This document shows positions 26,857 through 40,400 of a DNA stretch of 64,000 nucleotides, in pieces. The position numbers and the translations under genes were made by a program. Every line of letters begins with the position of its first letter. Within the stretch, counting starts at the first letter, position 1. The notes beneath the pieces were generated by a model. The model was not told the DNA's origin, did no database searches, and was given only the letters and a program-made list of their open reading frames with translations. The DNA comes from Raillietiella orientalis (Eukaryota). The stretch spans positions 1,054,001 through 1,118,000 of the forward strand of contig JAYWIR010000014.1 of NCBI GenBank assembly GCA_036172245.1, in the 5' to 3' direction.

Positions 26857-26901
26857 CTTGATATGTATGTCAAAGACAAATGTCTCTGACATACATTTCA
26901 T
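26857..26901 (-). other. Candidate 45-nt upstream exon of Mob2 (MKCMSETFVFDIHIK) containing a hairpin
   Basis: Flanked by ttattatag on the 5' side and a consensus AAG|gtaagt donor. Phase 0. Lies in the CpG-depleted 5' region of Mob2. Confidence 0.35.
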
Positions 26902-29900
26902 CTATAATAATTTTTGATGAATTGAAAATATTGGCAAGCCAAACACCGAAAATTACATGCTTACATGGCTAAAAAGTTTTTACTAAAATGAAAACTTTCT
27001 ACAAGAAAATTCTCTACAAAATTCTCTACCAAGACAGGTAAATTTCAAGTGTTTTCCTTTTTTTTTGCTTTTCCTATCAGATTTAAATATTTAACATCAC
27101 TTAAGCTCCGAAATCAATCAATTGCATAATTTAAAATATTTGGTATTAGACTTGCACAACTACAGACAAACATTTGCAAAATCATGAATGCAGTTTAACT
27201 GCAAGCTAGCAAGCAGAACAAAATCAGAAATCAAGCATACAACTTTCATGCTTTACAATATCAACATCTTCAACAAATGCCAACACATCATAACACACAC
27301 ATCTACTTGATAAAGCATAATTACACATTACGGTAATAGCAGAACACCTGAATAGTCATAAAATCAAATGCAACACTAACGTAAATGCATACATACAAAT
27401 ACATAAGTTTTTGAGAATTGTAGCAACAGCCACAAAAACCAAGAAAAACTGGTTGTGCTGTAAATTCTTTTAAAGAAATCGTAAACATTCAAGAGCAAAA
27501 TCGGCGCCTTCACACAAATAATTTTATCACAGAATGCTCATCAAAAGAAAGTGAAATCTATTACGTACACACACCAGAAATTAATACTGTTAAGCCAGAG
27601 CCTTAAAAGTACACATTTAAATATCAAAAATCCTACCTTGTTTTGCAAACTTCTGAAACTTTTCCGTACACTGTAATTCCGTGTAATTAATTCACTACAA
27701 ACTTGATTAAATAACAAAAACAGCAAAATTGCTCGTTAATATTTAGGCTGATGTAATTTCTATTATTGGAAATCACATTTTCATTTGAGGATAAGTTTGT
27801 ACAGTTTCCACAGGAAGCCACTAGAGTTTAATAAATAATAACGCCATTAATTCTTTATTGGCATATAAACTTTTCCTTCTAATTGCCATTGCAAAACATT
27901 TCAAAGTTTGTGATTTTAAGTACAACTTCCCACTGCACGTACAGCACTTCGCAATCACGCCTGCTATACTCAAAAGTGATTGTTTCCTTATTTACAAGAG
28001 TGGAACTTAAAATGCTAGTGAAATTCCGTCAGGGACATTAAAGGACGTTCATTCTCGTGAATTATCTATTCATTCTATGAAATATGCAAATGCTTCTCAA
28101 AACCGTGAGACAAATTTGGGGAGTAACGAATCCAGGAAATTTTTTTAAAATATATTGAAATTTTATTGATTAATAGATAAAATTGATAAGTGATATTCCA
28201 ATGATAACCCATATGGTATTATAAAGAACAAAATAACCAAGAAGCAATCTGTAACGATGATTACGAAACGAAGAATGGATGGAATCGAAAATCGAAAGTG
28301 TTCATTTTTAAATCTCTTTACCTTAAAGTATACATTCATCCGAAATATTTTCAATACAATCTCGTACAAGACGCACTTCAAATTCCCATGAATGTAATTC
28401 AGATAGATGAAAACCTGCAAAAACCATGAAACAGGAGAAAGCAATTTGAAGATGCAATCAATAATTGTTGGAAATCAGAAATAAACTTCAAATCATACTG
28501 ATTGCATGATGAAAACCTGCACTTTCAATTTTCAGCAAAAAGTTATTATAGCATCTTGGTGCTAGTTTGCAGTCCACAAATATTTTTGATTTAAATCAAT
28601 TGAAGACCTTCTATAGGAATGCCTCCTTTCGTGTCAAGCTTAATTTTAATATTCTACATCATAATCAAATATTTGGATGTGAGTGGGGAAGTCTCCTAAT
28701 CAAATTTTTTTTTAGCAAACATCAGCGAAAATACATTCGTAAATAAATCTAAAAGCATCTAACATGACTTAAATTTAATTTGCCTCTGGTTTTAAGAAAT
28801 ATTTCGGTATTAGATGCAATCATTTCTTAAAATGAATTTTGAGATATGTTAGCAGCTGCAAAAACATTGTCACAACTGAATGTGTCTATTAGATTGGTAA
28901 CGCGCAAAGCATTATGAAATCAAAACCAAATATAATTATAATTATATTAAGCTGGTTTTATTTTGAAGACCATTATGTATCTAAGGAATTCGAAGAATCC
29001 ATTCTGAATTTGAGACCCGTGAAACATTAGAATCGGTAAGAGAGAAACTTAATTAGAATGAAGCATATAAACGAAGATTATGTTTAAAAACAATTTAAAT
29101 ACATTTAAACAATTTAAATGCAGTAACATAAGCCTTTAAATATAAACTGAGATGAATGAAGGTACCTCAAAGCGTTTGTTCCGAAATGAGGAAATCGCAA
29201 AAATGAAAATTATTAAGAAATCACAGTAGATAAAACGAAGTTTTAAGCAGCAATTCCTAATACCTAGAACAGTTAGCATTCATATTAGATGAATGTGATG
29301 CAGATATTCTTGCAGATATTGAGAATTTTATGATCGTGTGCCTCATATCGCATGAAGTGCCGTAAAAGAAAATCTGAAAAGGAAAAAGAGTCGACCATGA
29401 GTTTTCTGTGCTATTTTGTGCGCGATGTGAAAAACTACGAATTAATCACCCCAATGAGTACCATGTATAATGCAGAATGCATTTATTGCTACAAATTTTG
29501 GCGAATATTACAGTGTTTGTTTAGTTCTAAAAAAAAAATGTGCAAGGTACTACAAAGCAGCAAAACTACATTAAACTATGAAGCCAGGAAACCGATCTTA
29601 TTCCTTAAGACCCGAATGAGTTTTCAAAACGTTCACTGACTGGACAGGGATGTCCGAGGAAGTGTGATCCATGTACTTTAGGGACTTTAAAACTATTGCT
29701 TGTATATTAAACGAAACTGATGCTTGATTCTTGTTGTGCATTATCAGTCACGACTTCTTATACATCAGAGAGGTCTTTCATTTTGGCTATTTGTAATTAA
29801 CTTCTTATTCTGAAAGTTCCCTAAATGTTATTCCTGAACCTGCTATAGGTAGGTTTGTAAAATACAACATACGTATTTTAACCGATTCATTTTCAAAGAT

Positions 29901-31434
29901 CATAGTAGACAAAGAATTTCTTGAGTTTATGTTCATTTGTACACATTACTTAACGGTAGCATTCTGAACAGTCAGCCGAATCACACTTGTTACAATCAAA
30001 AGAAGTTTCTTAAGTCTTCTAGCCAGTTATTCTTTTCATATAAGGTCAGTGCTTCAGATAGCACTGTCTTATTGATTACCGATGTTGCTTGCTCATAACT
30101 ATAGTTATTTTTATGAGAAAAAATTCAGCAAAAGTATATTTGTTTCTGGTTCAAAAAATAGCATCAGTCCGGAGAACATAGTGCACATTTTGATGGATGC
30201 TCTCAATACAATATATTTGTTTTATGCTTAGAGATGCTTCCGGGCAACGCAAATTAAAAAAAAAAAAAAAAAATCATCTGCTTACTAAGAATCTGACACA
30301 GAAATCAAAGCATACTTGGCAACAATAATGTAAACGATGAGATCAGTAGAGAGCTCTTGAAAATATCTATCGATTGTTTAGCAGTTCATGATATTATAAA
30401 AATGCTTCATGAACATGTTAATTATCACTTCTTAATTTCTACATATTTTACCCTAATATCATTTTTTTTAATTTAGTGATCTAATTAATTTCTATTACCT
30501 TTAGTTTGGTTTATTTCCCGAGAAGAATTCATGAAGCTTCCAAAGAAACCATTCTTAATTGCTCCAGGTGCTATAAGGTGCGGTCGATTTTTAATGATGC
30601 TACAATTTTGTATATGTTTCATGTTCAGTTCTTCTGATTCCTTGGGTTTTATTCTACGTTTTCAGTATATGGTTCCTATGGATGGGTATTGAAATGTGAA
30701 TGCTAATCATGAGGAAAAATCGATCTGAATTAGGTTGCAGACATCTGTTGACTTTCTTTCGTCATCACTTAAGGTTCTATCGCCAAAAATTCTGTGTGGA
30801 ACAAAATATTGCCTGTGCTTTCGTTCAAATTCGTTTTTGAAATTCCAAGATAATCAACTCTTTCAGCACATCTAAGGATTGATCAATAGTCATGAATCAT
30901 AGCATGTAGTCCGTTTACCATTTGAGGCTTTATTTTTTTCCCTTTTTTAAAACGAATAGTTACGGAATTTTCTAGGAAAATAATGGCCGTCTTATGAATT
31001 AGCCCTGCCTTTCTATGCTTTCTGATATGCTGTCCTTAAATCCTCATCATGATCGAGCATTCAACTGAATTTATTGATTTAAGGTCTCCTGCCCTCCCAA
31101 TAGGAATGCACTCGAAAAGCCGACACTTCGATACCATGCTCGATGAATCAGAAAAAAGCATGCCACACCTTAATACGAAGACTACATCACACGAAAAAGT
31201 TATTTTCAAAGCAGGAGATTTCAAAATGTTTGCCCTCATGTAATTTTTATGGAAGCACTGCTGGAAACAAATGTTGTTGGTAGCATCTGTTCAACTCTTT
31301 CCACTTACTCGGTTTCCAACTTCGCCGTGCAACGTTGAAACCACGCAACGGTAACGAACCTGCTGCGAACTGGTGAAGTTTTGGGTTGTGCACGGCATAA
31401 ACGATAGCAACCAACTTCGTTCGAGATGGTAAGG

Positions 31435-31438
<4 letters not shown>

Positions 31439-31465
<27 letters not shown>
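31439..31465. repeat. A27 homopolymer
   Basis: Read directly. Confidence 0.9.
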
Positions 31466-34400
31466 CAGGATCCTAACAGATGAAAAGCAAACGAAGGGAC
31501 TCCGTCTCGTACATGATTTGGCTCAGAGACAGCTCGAGAACATGGAATTGTCTTCGGATAGAGCGTTTTCAAACAGGAGATTCAATGAATCGAGTTCGAT
31601 TGCATTCCTTTGTCTTTCTGTGGTTTGAATGCTTTGCCTACTTGCTGTCGAGAGCCTTTATCTTTAAAGTAGATTATTTTTATCGCTTGTAAAGTTTCGC
31701 ATCAACTATTTACTCAAAAAAAGGGCGCGGAATGTTGTATAATCTGATTCCAAATTCTGTGTTGTACCCATCCGAAGAACAGAATGAACGTAAACAAATG
31801 ACAGTGGCGGTGGGAACGAGGGATGCGAACTTCTACACCACCTGAAGCTTCCATGAATCATCATCACTTCGGCACGTTATGCTGGTCGAGAACAGCACTG
31901 CGAACACGTTGGTGAGTTTGTGCTGGGGACTGCAACAAAGTAGATCGAAAACCTGGGTTTCCCATTAGGCGTGTTCCGGGAACACAAAGCTCCGGGATGA
32001 CCTTGACTGGAAATACTCTTGAGGAATGCAAAAATGATTCGCGATGATTTTGCCGTTCGTATGATCACTCGTAAAAACATGAGTGCGCAGGAAAAAATAA
32101 AAAAAAAACTCAAGATGGGGCATCTATTACAGTACGATGACGTACAAACACACTAAGCTGGGGTTGGGGATGCAGACGGATGGTGTCAGGAGTTTGAGGA
32201 GATTCTGCCGGAGTGCGCGATTACGAGCAGGAATTCTCATCAGTCACCTTCGAGAATCACTCCATTTTTCGCAGGCAGAGGCGCTGGCGGACGTCTCGCC
32301 GTTAACCGATCAACTTTTTTAATCGATCCTAGCCTTGCTCAATATTTCCCTTCCTTGTCTCTGTCGAAAAAAATCGGCGATGCCGGGCTGATGTGGCTCA
32401 GGTGACAAAACATCTGAAAGAGACTTGGAATTGCAAATGCCAGTAGATAACGCGGGGAGCAATGAAACGGAAAGAGTATGCCGAAAGATCGGCAATCACG
32501 CAGCTTTGTTCTAAGGCTTCCTCGCTTGTGGCTCCATCTCGGCGCGCGCGCAACCGGAGACGAGCACGCCACCTCGCGTCTGGATGCATCTTACCAGCAC
32601 CCCTTGGGCGTTTCTTGATGACGCGCACGGGATGTCGTCGCACTCAGACGGATTTCCTGTGACACGCAGCGCGTAGGAGACGCCGCGCGCACAAGTGAGT
32701 ACAGGCGGAACAGTACGGCTCCATACGAGATGCTATGGGCCGGCGAGCGTGTCGGCTCAGGCACAAAAACTGGCCGCGTGGAATCGATCCCGAAATAGGT
32801 GTAGGTGGTGAGCACCTTGGAGTTCTTTGGCACGGAATGCCGCGGCGGGCTAAGAAGCAACAGGCCGGATGTCTTAACTAAGGATGAGTGGCGAAGAAGA
32901 AAAAGAGAAAGAACCGTAATAAAGAGCTGTAATGAGCGCATGGCACTTCGGAAAAAATTGTGACGCCTTTTTGAAGGTCGGCAGCGTGCCGTAGTCTAAG
33001 AAGAATAACACCTCAGGGGCTTAACTACCCTGAGGCATTCTTCCTTCCTTCCTAAGGAGCATTTCCTCGGGGATGACTACTGACGGCATCCACAAAAGGG
33101 AAACATTGGATAAAGATCAGTTTCTCCGGCAGGAAGCCATTTCATGCTGAGGTCGGGTGAGTTTAGCAACCGCCATTTCGACCACCCACAGACCCGCTCC
33201 TCGCTTCCCCTCAGACACTCGGCTCTTCCGGAAGCTATTCGTGGGACGCCTACTTTCCAGACGCTTTTTGTAGTCCGCGGCGGATTCCCTTCGCTAGGCC
33301 TCCGCAAGCAAGAACTCATCCATCACCTGCCGGGCACCTCGCGGGTCAAATCAGCGAGAAGGATCTGACGGAAAGACAGACAGGATAGAAGAGCAGCAAC
33401 CGGGCAGATCTTGTATCAGAACTCCGGCAACGGGCTCGCCGCTCGTTGTCGGGACTCCCAGGGGCTGTCGTGCAGTAAGCAGATACTGGATAGGCACCGA
33501 TTTCAGGCAGGCGAGATCGACCTTCTCGCAGTAGGAGGAAGCTCTGTTGCAGGTCGATTGCACCAGCAGAAGTGACGTCACGGGCAGCACGGAAAGCGGC
33601 ATCTTGTGCGCGAAGGGAACGCACTCCTGGTAGCGGCGTGGACGGAGCAGGGACGAAGCCGCCTCTTCTAAGCCTTCAGGAGCCTCAAAGCCTTTGCACC
33701 AGCCTTCGTCCGACAACCCCGCGGTCTCGCTTCGGGAGGAAGCAAGCAGCGCCGCACCAAAAAGCTCGGTACCACGGCAACGGGTTCTCGAAGAGGAAGG
33801 TGCCCGAACCTCCTCTGCAGCGGCTGGCAACTTCACGGAAAGACCAATCGTTTTCTCCAGGGAGGAGGGCCTACTAGCTCTTCCTCCCGGCCGATCACGG
33901 AACACGACACCACCTCTCCAGATGAATGCGAAGGGGATGGGAGGGCGAATTTCACCGGACAGAAGGACGCTCTCCCGCGGCTAAGACTGGAGGACAGATC
34001 AGCTTTGGGCAGCAGGAGTGGGGGAATCTTCCAGCAGTGAGACCAGCCACCAGATGGCGGTGCCGGTGGTCCCGCAAGACAGGGAAGAGGAAGGCGGCAA
34101 CGGTATGCTCTGTTTGAGGAAGGTGGACGAGGTGTTTGGGGATGTCCTGAGGGACTGGATTTGCAGCCCCAGCCAAGGTGTTCCCCGCTCATGGGCGCCG
34201 AAAGCTGGGAGAACGGCGGTGCTCTGAACGGAAGACGGTGCCCATCGGGGGAGTCACCGTCATGGGCAGGAGTGTCCGCAGTCCGGGAAGGCAAATGCTT
34301 GATCTGCGAGACCAGCAGCGCTGCGGAACGATATTCCCCTCCTCCTCCTCCTCCCCACCCGTGACGAGCGGGTCTGTGTGCTTTCGCCGGGTCTATGTTC

Positions 34401-37400
34401 CGATGCATTTTCGGGGCGAAGCTAATCTCCGGGTCGATGGCGGGCAGCTCGTCCATCCGACGTCCTCCCGCGGCAGCATTCGGAACTGCCGAAGTTGCAT
34501 CGGGAATGCTGCCAGAGTTTTTCACTTGGTTTCAGGCCATGTGGATTTACTAATCCACTAATGTAAGAAAAATTCAATAGGAGGCAAACGACGAAAAAAA
34601 GACCATCGACTCGCCATGCGGCTACGCAGAAGGGTAGCAAGGGTTTAGGGGAGGAAGGACGGCAATAAAGAAAGGAATCAAAGGGGAGAAAGGGACGCGG
34701 TCATATCCACCGCGCCTTCTGCAACCTGGAGGATGCGATGCGAGCGGTGCCTTCCTTCACTCTGGCATCCTTCTTGTCACCTTGCCACATTTCTCGTTAC
34801 CATGGAGACCATAACGCTTCTTTCTTGCTGGCATGCCTCTTCAGCATTCCGAGACGCCGCTATCCTCCTGACGGAAAGCAGAATCGGGCGAGCGGGGGGA
34901 CAGGCGACAAAGACCCCGTCCTGAGCGAAGCAGCGCTCTTCTAGGGTGTCTTCAGAGTCGAAGTGAAGCAGCAGCCGCGAGGCTCTCCCACGCGCTTCGA
35001 AGGTCACAGCGTCCCAGCAGCGGGGTGAGCGGAAGTTTCCACTTCCCCGCAGCCTGAGCGGTTCAGGGAGACGCCGCTTCCCCTCGTCCAGCGATGCTTC
35101 CGATGGTTGCACGTGCAGTTCCAGTGAGCGCACAGCAAAAGCCTCTTCCTGCGGCCGCCTGAGAGGGAACACAGACCTGTCCAGACAGAGGGGAGAGATT
35201 ACGATTCCCGATGGCGTAACGTCCAGATATGCTGCGCAACGGAGCAGTCCCTGGCTGCCACCGTCGCGAAAGCTAACTGGCCCGTCGTCCACCAGCCGAC
35301 CAGTTTCGTCGCTCCCGCTACGGAGCGCGAGGTGACCTACGCCCTGCCGTCTGGCAGCTGTCGTTTCTCTCGCGTAGGGAGAACAGCGCTGCGGCTAGGT
35401 GAGTGACAGGGACTCGGAACCACTTCTTCCTTTCCCTTTCCACTTCCTACAGGGAGACCCTTCTCAGGTTGAGGATGGGATGTACCAGGGTTGCGTTCGT
35501 GCGCATGATGCGGATCCAAGCGCTATGTGTCCTTTCCACAGGCAGCGCTTTGCTTCAGTGGAAACCCAGGCATCTTCATGAGGTTTTAGTTGCGAGGAGC
35601 AACGACGTCAGCCCTCGCAACCGACCGCGCGCCTCGGATTTCTCGCGCAGGCAGAACCGCTTCCAGTTCTCGACCATCAAGACCATCATCCTAAACTGGA
35701 GCTGCAGTTTCATCTTCTTTAACGCGGAAATATCTATTCCTGCATCCCTTCGTGGTGCTATCAGGTCTTTGAGGCAAGCCTTCTGCCTCGGTGTGGCTCC
35801 ACAGAGCTTCCCTCAAGAGGTCGTCCGCCTTGCGTTTCGCCTCGTTGGTGGGCACGAAACAAACAAACAAACAAAAGGGACCAGAGAAGGGGGACAACGA
35901 GGACCTTCCAGATGGAGGCTTTCTGACGAGCAAAACTCTCCCTCTTGTGACGATGCAAGCACCATTTTCGCCTTCTGGAGAACCGGGCCAAACTTCTGAA
36001 GGACAGAGGTCTCCTCAGAGCACACCAAGGTATTTCTTAGTGCTGCCCGCGCCGCATCCCCACAGAAGCGACCTTCAAGTTCATCCCGTTCGCTCTCGTG
36101 TTCTCTCCCCGACTCTGGCATCCGACAGCTCGCTTCTCTACAACCCTCCTCATCCTGGTAGCAGGCTCGAAACCGGGCTACCACTACAGGACGAGGGGAA
36201 GTGTCTCTCCAGGGGGACGTGCTGGGAGTGAAGGAACGGAGGAAGGAGTGGGAAACCTTCCTCACCTGCTGGAGAACACTGCTGGAACGCTTCTCCACGA
36301 CCCTCCTCACCCCATCGTCGCTTCGAAGAACGTCTTCGTGCGGAGCGCCTCACCGGTCTTCCTCCGTGATCGCAGCGCTCTGTCGCTTCTGCGGCGTCGC
36401 GGCAGCGAGGTACGAAACGGAGGGAAGACGCAACGACGCGGGGAGGCCGTCCACTTGGCAACCCGCTTCCTGCGAATCGCGGAGGGATGGACCCACATGA
36501 GACGCCGTCAGGAGTAGCTTCCCGGCATCATGCACAGGATGCGGAGGAGCCAACGGAACGGGCAGTGATCTCTTGTCCCCTCTCCCCCTCCCCCATCCTT
36601 AGGAACAGTCGTTCCCGTTTATATTGCTTCTTCTTCTTCTCCTTTCCCGATTCCCCTTAATCCCGTTCACGGAACTCATCGGCATTCCCTAAAGGATGGT
36701 TCGACTCGGCGGGACGTCATGTCCGGCCATATTTTTGTATGTTTATTTTCAGAATAAACACCCTTGTGTGACCGCGTGAAAATCCACCCGCTCCTCACCC
36801 GGAGCGATTCCCTCCTATGGTCTTCCTGAACTCTTGACCTCCACGGGCAGGAGCGCAAGGAGCCGTGGAGGAAAGCCGTTCGAAAGAAGCGCCGTTTTTT
36901 TTCGGACGTGGTGTCGCCGGAGACGTCAGCAATGGGAGCCGCCCTTTTCCTTCCGCCTGAAGGCCGAGGTCGCCGTCCTGCCGCGCTCTTATGGAGAAGG
37001 TCGCGATCCCTCGGACTGGGTGGCCTCGTCCCGGTCTGTCTCTGCCATCCTGGCCTGACGCAAGGGGTCGCACCCCTCGCCCTGATCACAGCGCGCCCGA
37101 AGAACCGGTTCCAAGGAGTTCGTCTCAAGGGAAGTGCTGCTGAGAGCGCGGTGGGTGTCTGTTGGGCTCTTCGGTGAAACGGGAGGGGGGCGTCAATGCC
37201 ACCACGAGTTAAGTATCTCCTCAGGGCGTTGGGAGCGCCTTCCAAAAAGAGGAATCCGCTCGACGAACTTTTGGAGCATTCTAGAACGGAACGATCGCAC
37301 CCGGATGCAGTGGGTCACCCGGAGATATCGGATGTTTTACAGTTCTCTTGAGGGAAAGAGGGAGAGAGAGAAAGAACCTACTGTTACAATACGAGAGAGT

Positions 37401-40400
37401 GGGCACGATAGGGTAAGTCCCTTGCACCGGTGATCGGAGGAACTCTTGGCCCCTTTGGGCAGGTGCATATGGTGCAAGGGACTCCGCGAAACTTATCGAA
37501 AGAGGATTCATTTCCACGTTCCTGCCAGCACGTCTCCCCGGAAAGGTAAGGAAGGAAAAAGGGCGAGGAGTGCACTCAAGGGGGATAGTAGATGGACAAG
37601 AGGCTTCAGAAGGGAAGAGAGAACCGGAAGGGAGGGGATTTACGCTTGGGCTCTTCTCTCTGTACGCTCGTTGCTGCTCCGTGGATGCCTCGGGCTCTCG
37701 TCTCTGCCGCTGCGAAACGGCAGACCCCACTTAGCATCGGATGGAATTCCCCCTCCCCTCCCCTGCGTGTGCTGCTCCTGGTCCTCGCACAGTGCCAAGG
37801 CAGCTAGGAAAGATGCTCCTTGATTCCTCACGTCGGAAACAGGCAGGTCTTGCGTCAGCGGTTCGTTCCCTTCCGTTTCCGAGGAGGTTTCGGGTTCTCC
37901 TCGCGCTCGCTCTTCTTGGCATATGGTCGTCGACTTCCCAGGGAAATCTTTGCTTGAATTTTTTTGCAGAGATTCACCTGAAGGATCGAGGGACGAAACG
38001 CTCCAAGAACACCCCTTCCTCTCTGGATTGGAGGGTGTTCAGAGTTGTTGCCTACCTTCGCTAGCTTCCCGGTGCCATCTCTTCTTACGCGCCTGAGGCG
38101 AGAGAGAAGAAGGGAGAGGAAGAACAGGGCTCCTCTCAGGCGGCGAGCTCAAAACGGAAGAACCGGGAGCACCGTGACGCCAGGGAACGCGCTGACCTGC
38201 GCATTTCAAGCACCGCGTCGAAAAAGGGTTTCCCTTGAAAGAAACCATCCCTCTGGAGCCGCGCTCTGCTCTTCTTCGGTAGGAGACCTCCCTTCATTAC
38301 CTTTCCAAAAGAGCAGCTGCGAGACGTGGCCTCAACGTTGCGAACAGGGGAGCGAGGAGGAGCTCCCACATGCGGGGTGCAGCGGCTGCGACGGGAACGT
38401 CTTTCCCTCGCCATTCTCCCCTCTCTCACCCGCAGGTGCACGAGACGCACGGTGTCCAATGAGGAGCTTGCGCTTCCACGCTGCAGAGCGGTGGCTGCCC
38501 GAGAGCTGCTTCGACATCAACGGCCACCGAAGGTCAGACAGAGCCGTCCTTCGGGGGACCCAGGAAGGCCACGCGGCTGCCTCGTGCAGCAAACTGCCGC
38601 CGCCTCAACCCTGTCGTATGGCTGCTGACGTTAGTCGTCGGCCTGATAAGACGGAAGCGCCATGATTTTCCTCCGCGCTTTCCAGCAACCCTGCGCGAAA
38701 ACTCAACATCAACTTTTGCCCAGCGGTTTCTGCAGCCACCTTCTTTCCTTCCTTCTCATCCTTTTTTCGTGCCATCCTGCAGCATCTGTCCCGAAGACCG
38801 TCGTGCCCTCTGCCGGTCAAGCGAGGAAGGAGGGTTGGAGGTGCAGCCGTTCGATCCGTGTGGCATCTGCGCCTCCCACCGAAAGTGCTTGCTCGGGCTA
38901 AACAGAAAAAAGCCGTTCACCCCCTTTCCTAATCAGAGGACTCTTGGGAGCGCTCAGTCGACAGGAGAAGGGAGGGGACAGGATGCCATCTTTAGACGAT
39001 ACTCTTTGGAGAACAGGGGGAAGGAGAGGAGGGACAAGAGAGCAGCCCTCGCATTGCGGAGTTCTCGAGGGAGCAGTTGCGAAGCTGCGAAGATCATCGA
39101 ACAACCGCGTCGCTGCGATGATCCTGAGAACTCCGAAAAGAAGCTGTCCAAAGGAAAGATGAGCACTGCCAGAGATTGAAGGCAAAAAAGAGGACAACTG
39201 GGTTCCGATTCCCGCGGGGAATTCGAAGCCAGGAATCAGGGAATCTTCCTAGTTGGGAATCACGCTTGTTGAGGCCGTAATTTCCATGCTTATTCCTGTG
39301 GTCTCGATGAGGAAGGCGTCCAGAGATTCCTTCCAAAATAATGGACCAACCACCACCATCTTAGTCGTCATCGCCATTTTATCAGTGAGAAAATTCCCCC
39401 TCCCCCATACCGAAGACCTCATTGTGCGTCGTTACAGAGGGTTTCCTCCTTTTCTGCATCCCTTCGTGCCATAATGACCTCGAACTCTTATAGTCACTCT
39501 TCTAGCTAGTCTAGACGAAGGTTGTCTTCCTGATTCACAGCATCAGAGGACTCCATGTCTATTCGGCACGCACACTCCATCTCCCACTTAGAAAACCAGA
39601 GACAAGGCAAACACCATGCCAATCGGAAAGCTACTCTGCACCTCATCATCACATCTCCAAAATGTGACCAGCAGAGCCCCGAAATGAGGAAATGAAGTCC
39701 CGTCTCCCCTACTTTTACGAGAGTCCTTCGAGATCCGGAAAATTTGCCTCTCTCTAGAGGTTTCGAGAATTGGCTTGCATCAGTGTGTTGCTCAGACCTG
39801 ACCCTCGTGAGGGTTCACCAAGTAAAACCAGCCTTTCTCTTTCTTAATCCTCCCCTCTTCCCCTCCATCCTTTGCCTCTCTCTTCGATAGTTCGATTCCT
39901 CAAAGTTCGCGTATTTCGGCGGGAAAATGCGATGAGGGCAATTCCTCTCACATGCTCCCCAGGAAGGATTTACTACCGTGCTTCTCATTGAGGTCTTTCG
40001 CACTTCACGGTGGCACTTCGTTGGTTAATCTTGAATTTCTCCCAGCAATCATCTGGGAGATTTGCTCTGCTTTCCGTCGTTTCCTGTGAGAGACGAAGCA
40101 ACCCATACCAGAAATATACTCATTTTCTATTCCATGATTCCCGCTTCATGCCTACCTCTGTGTATTGCTATTAGGCAGGGTGAAATAAATTCAATGTTTT
40201 GGCTTTTGTTGCTGATTTCAGTCACATGGACATAATCCACTGCTGATGGTCTACCACTGACCTTTTTCGAAATCTCTTACGAGAAACTGATTCCGCATAG
40301 GATATTCGAGCTCCTTTCTCTGTTACTCCAATTTCACGTCTTAGTAAACTGTATTATTCATTCTAAGGAAGTGAGTTTCATTTCTTCAAATTGCATCGAG

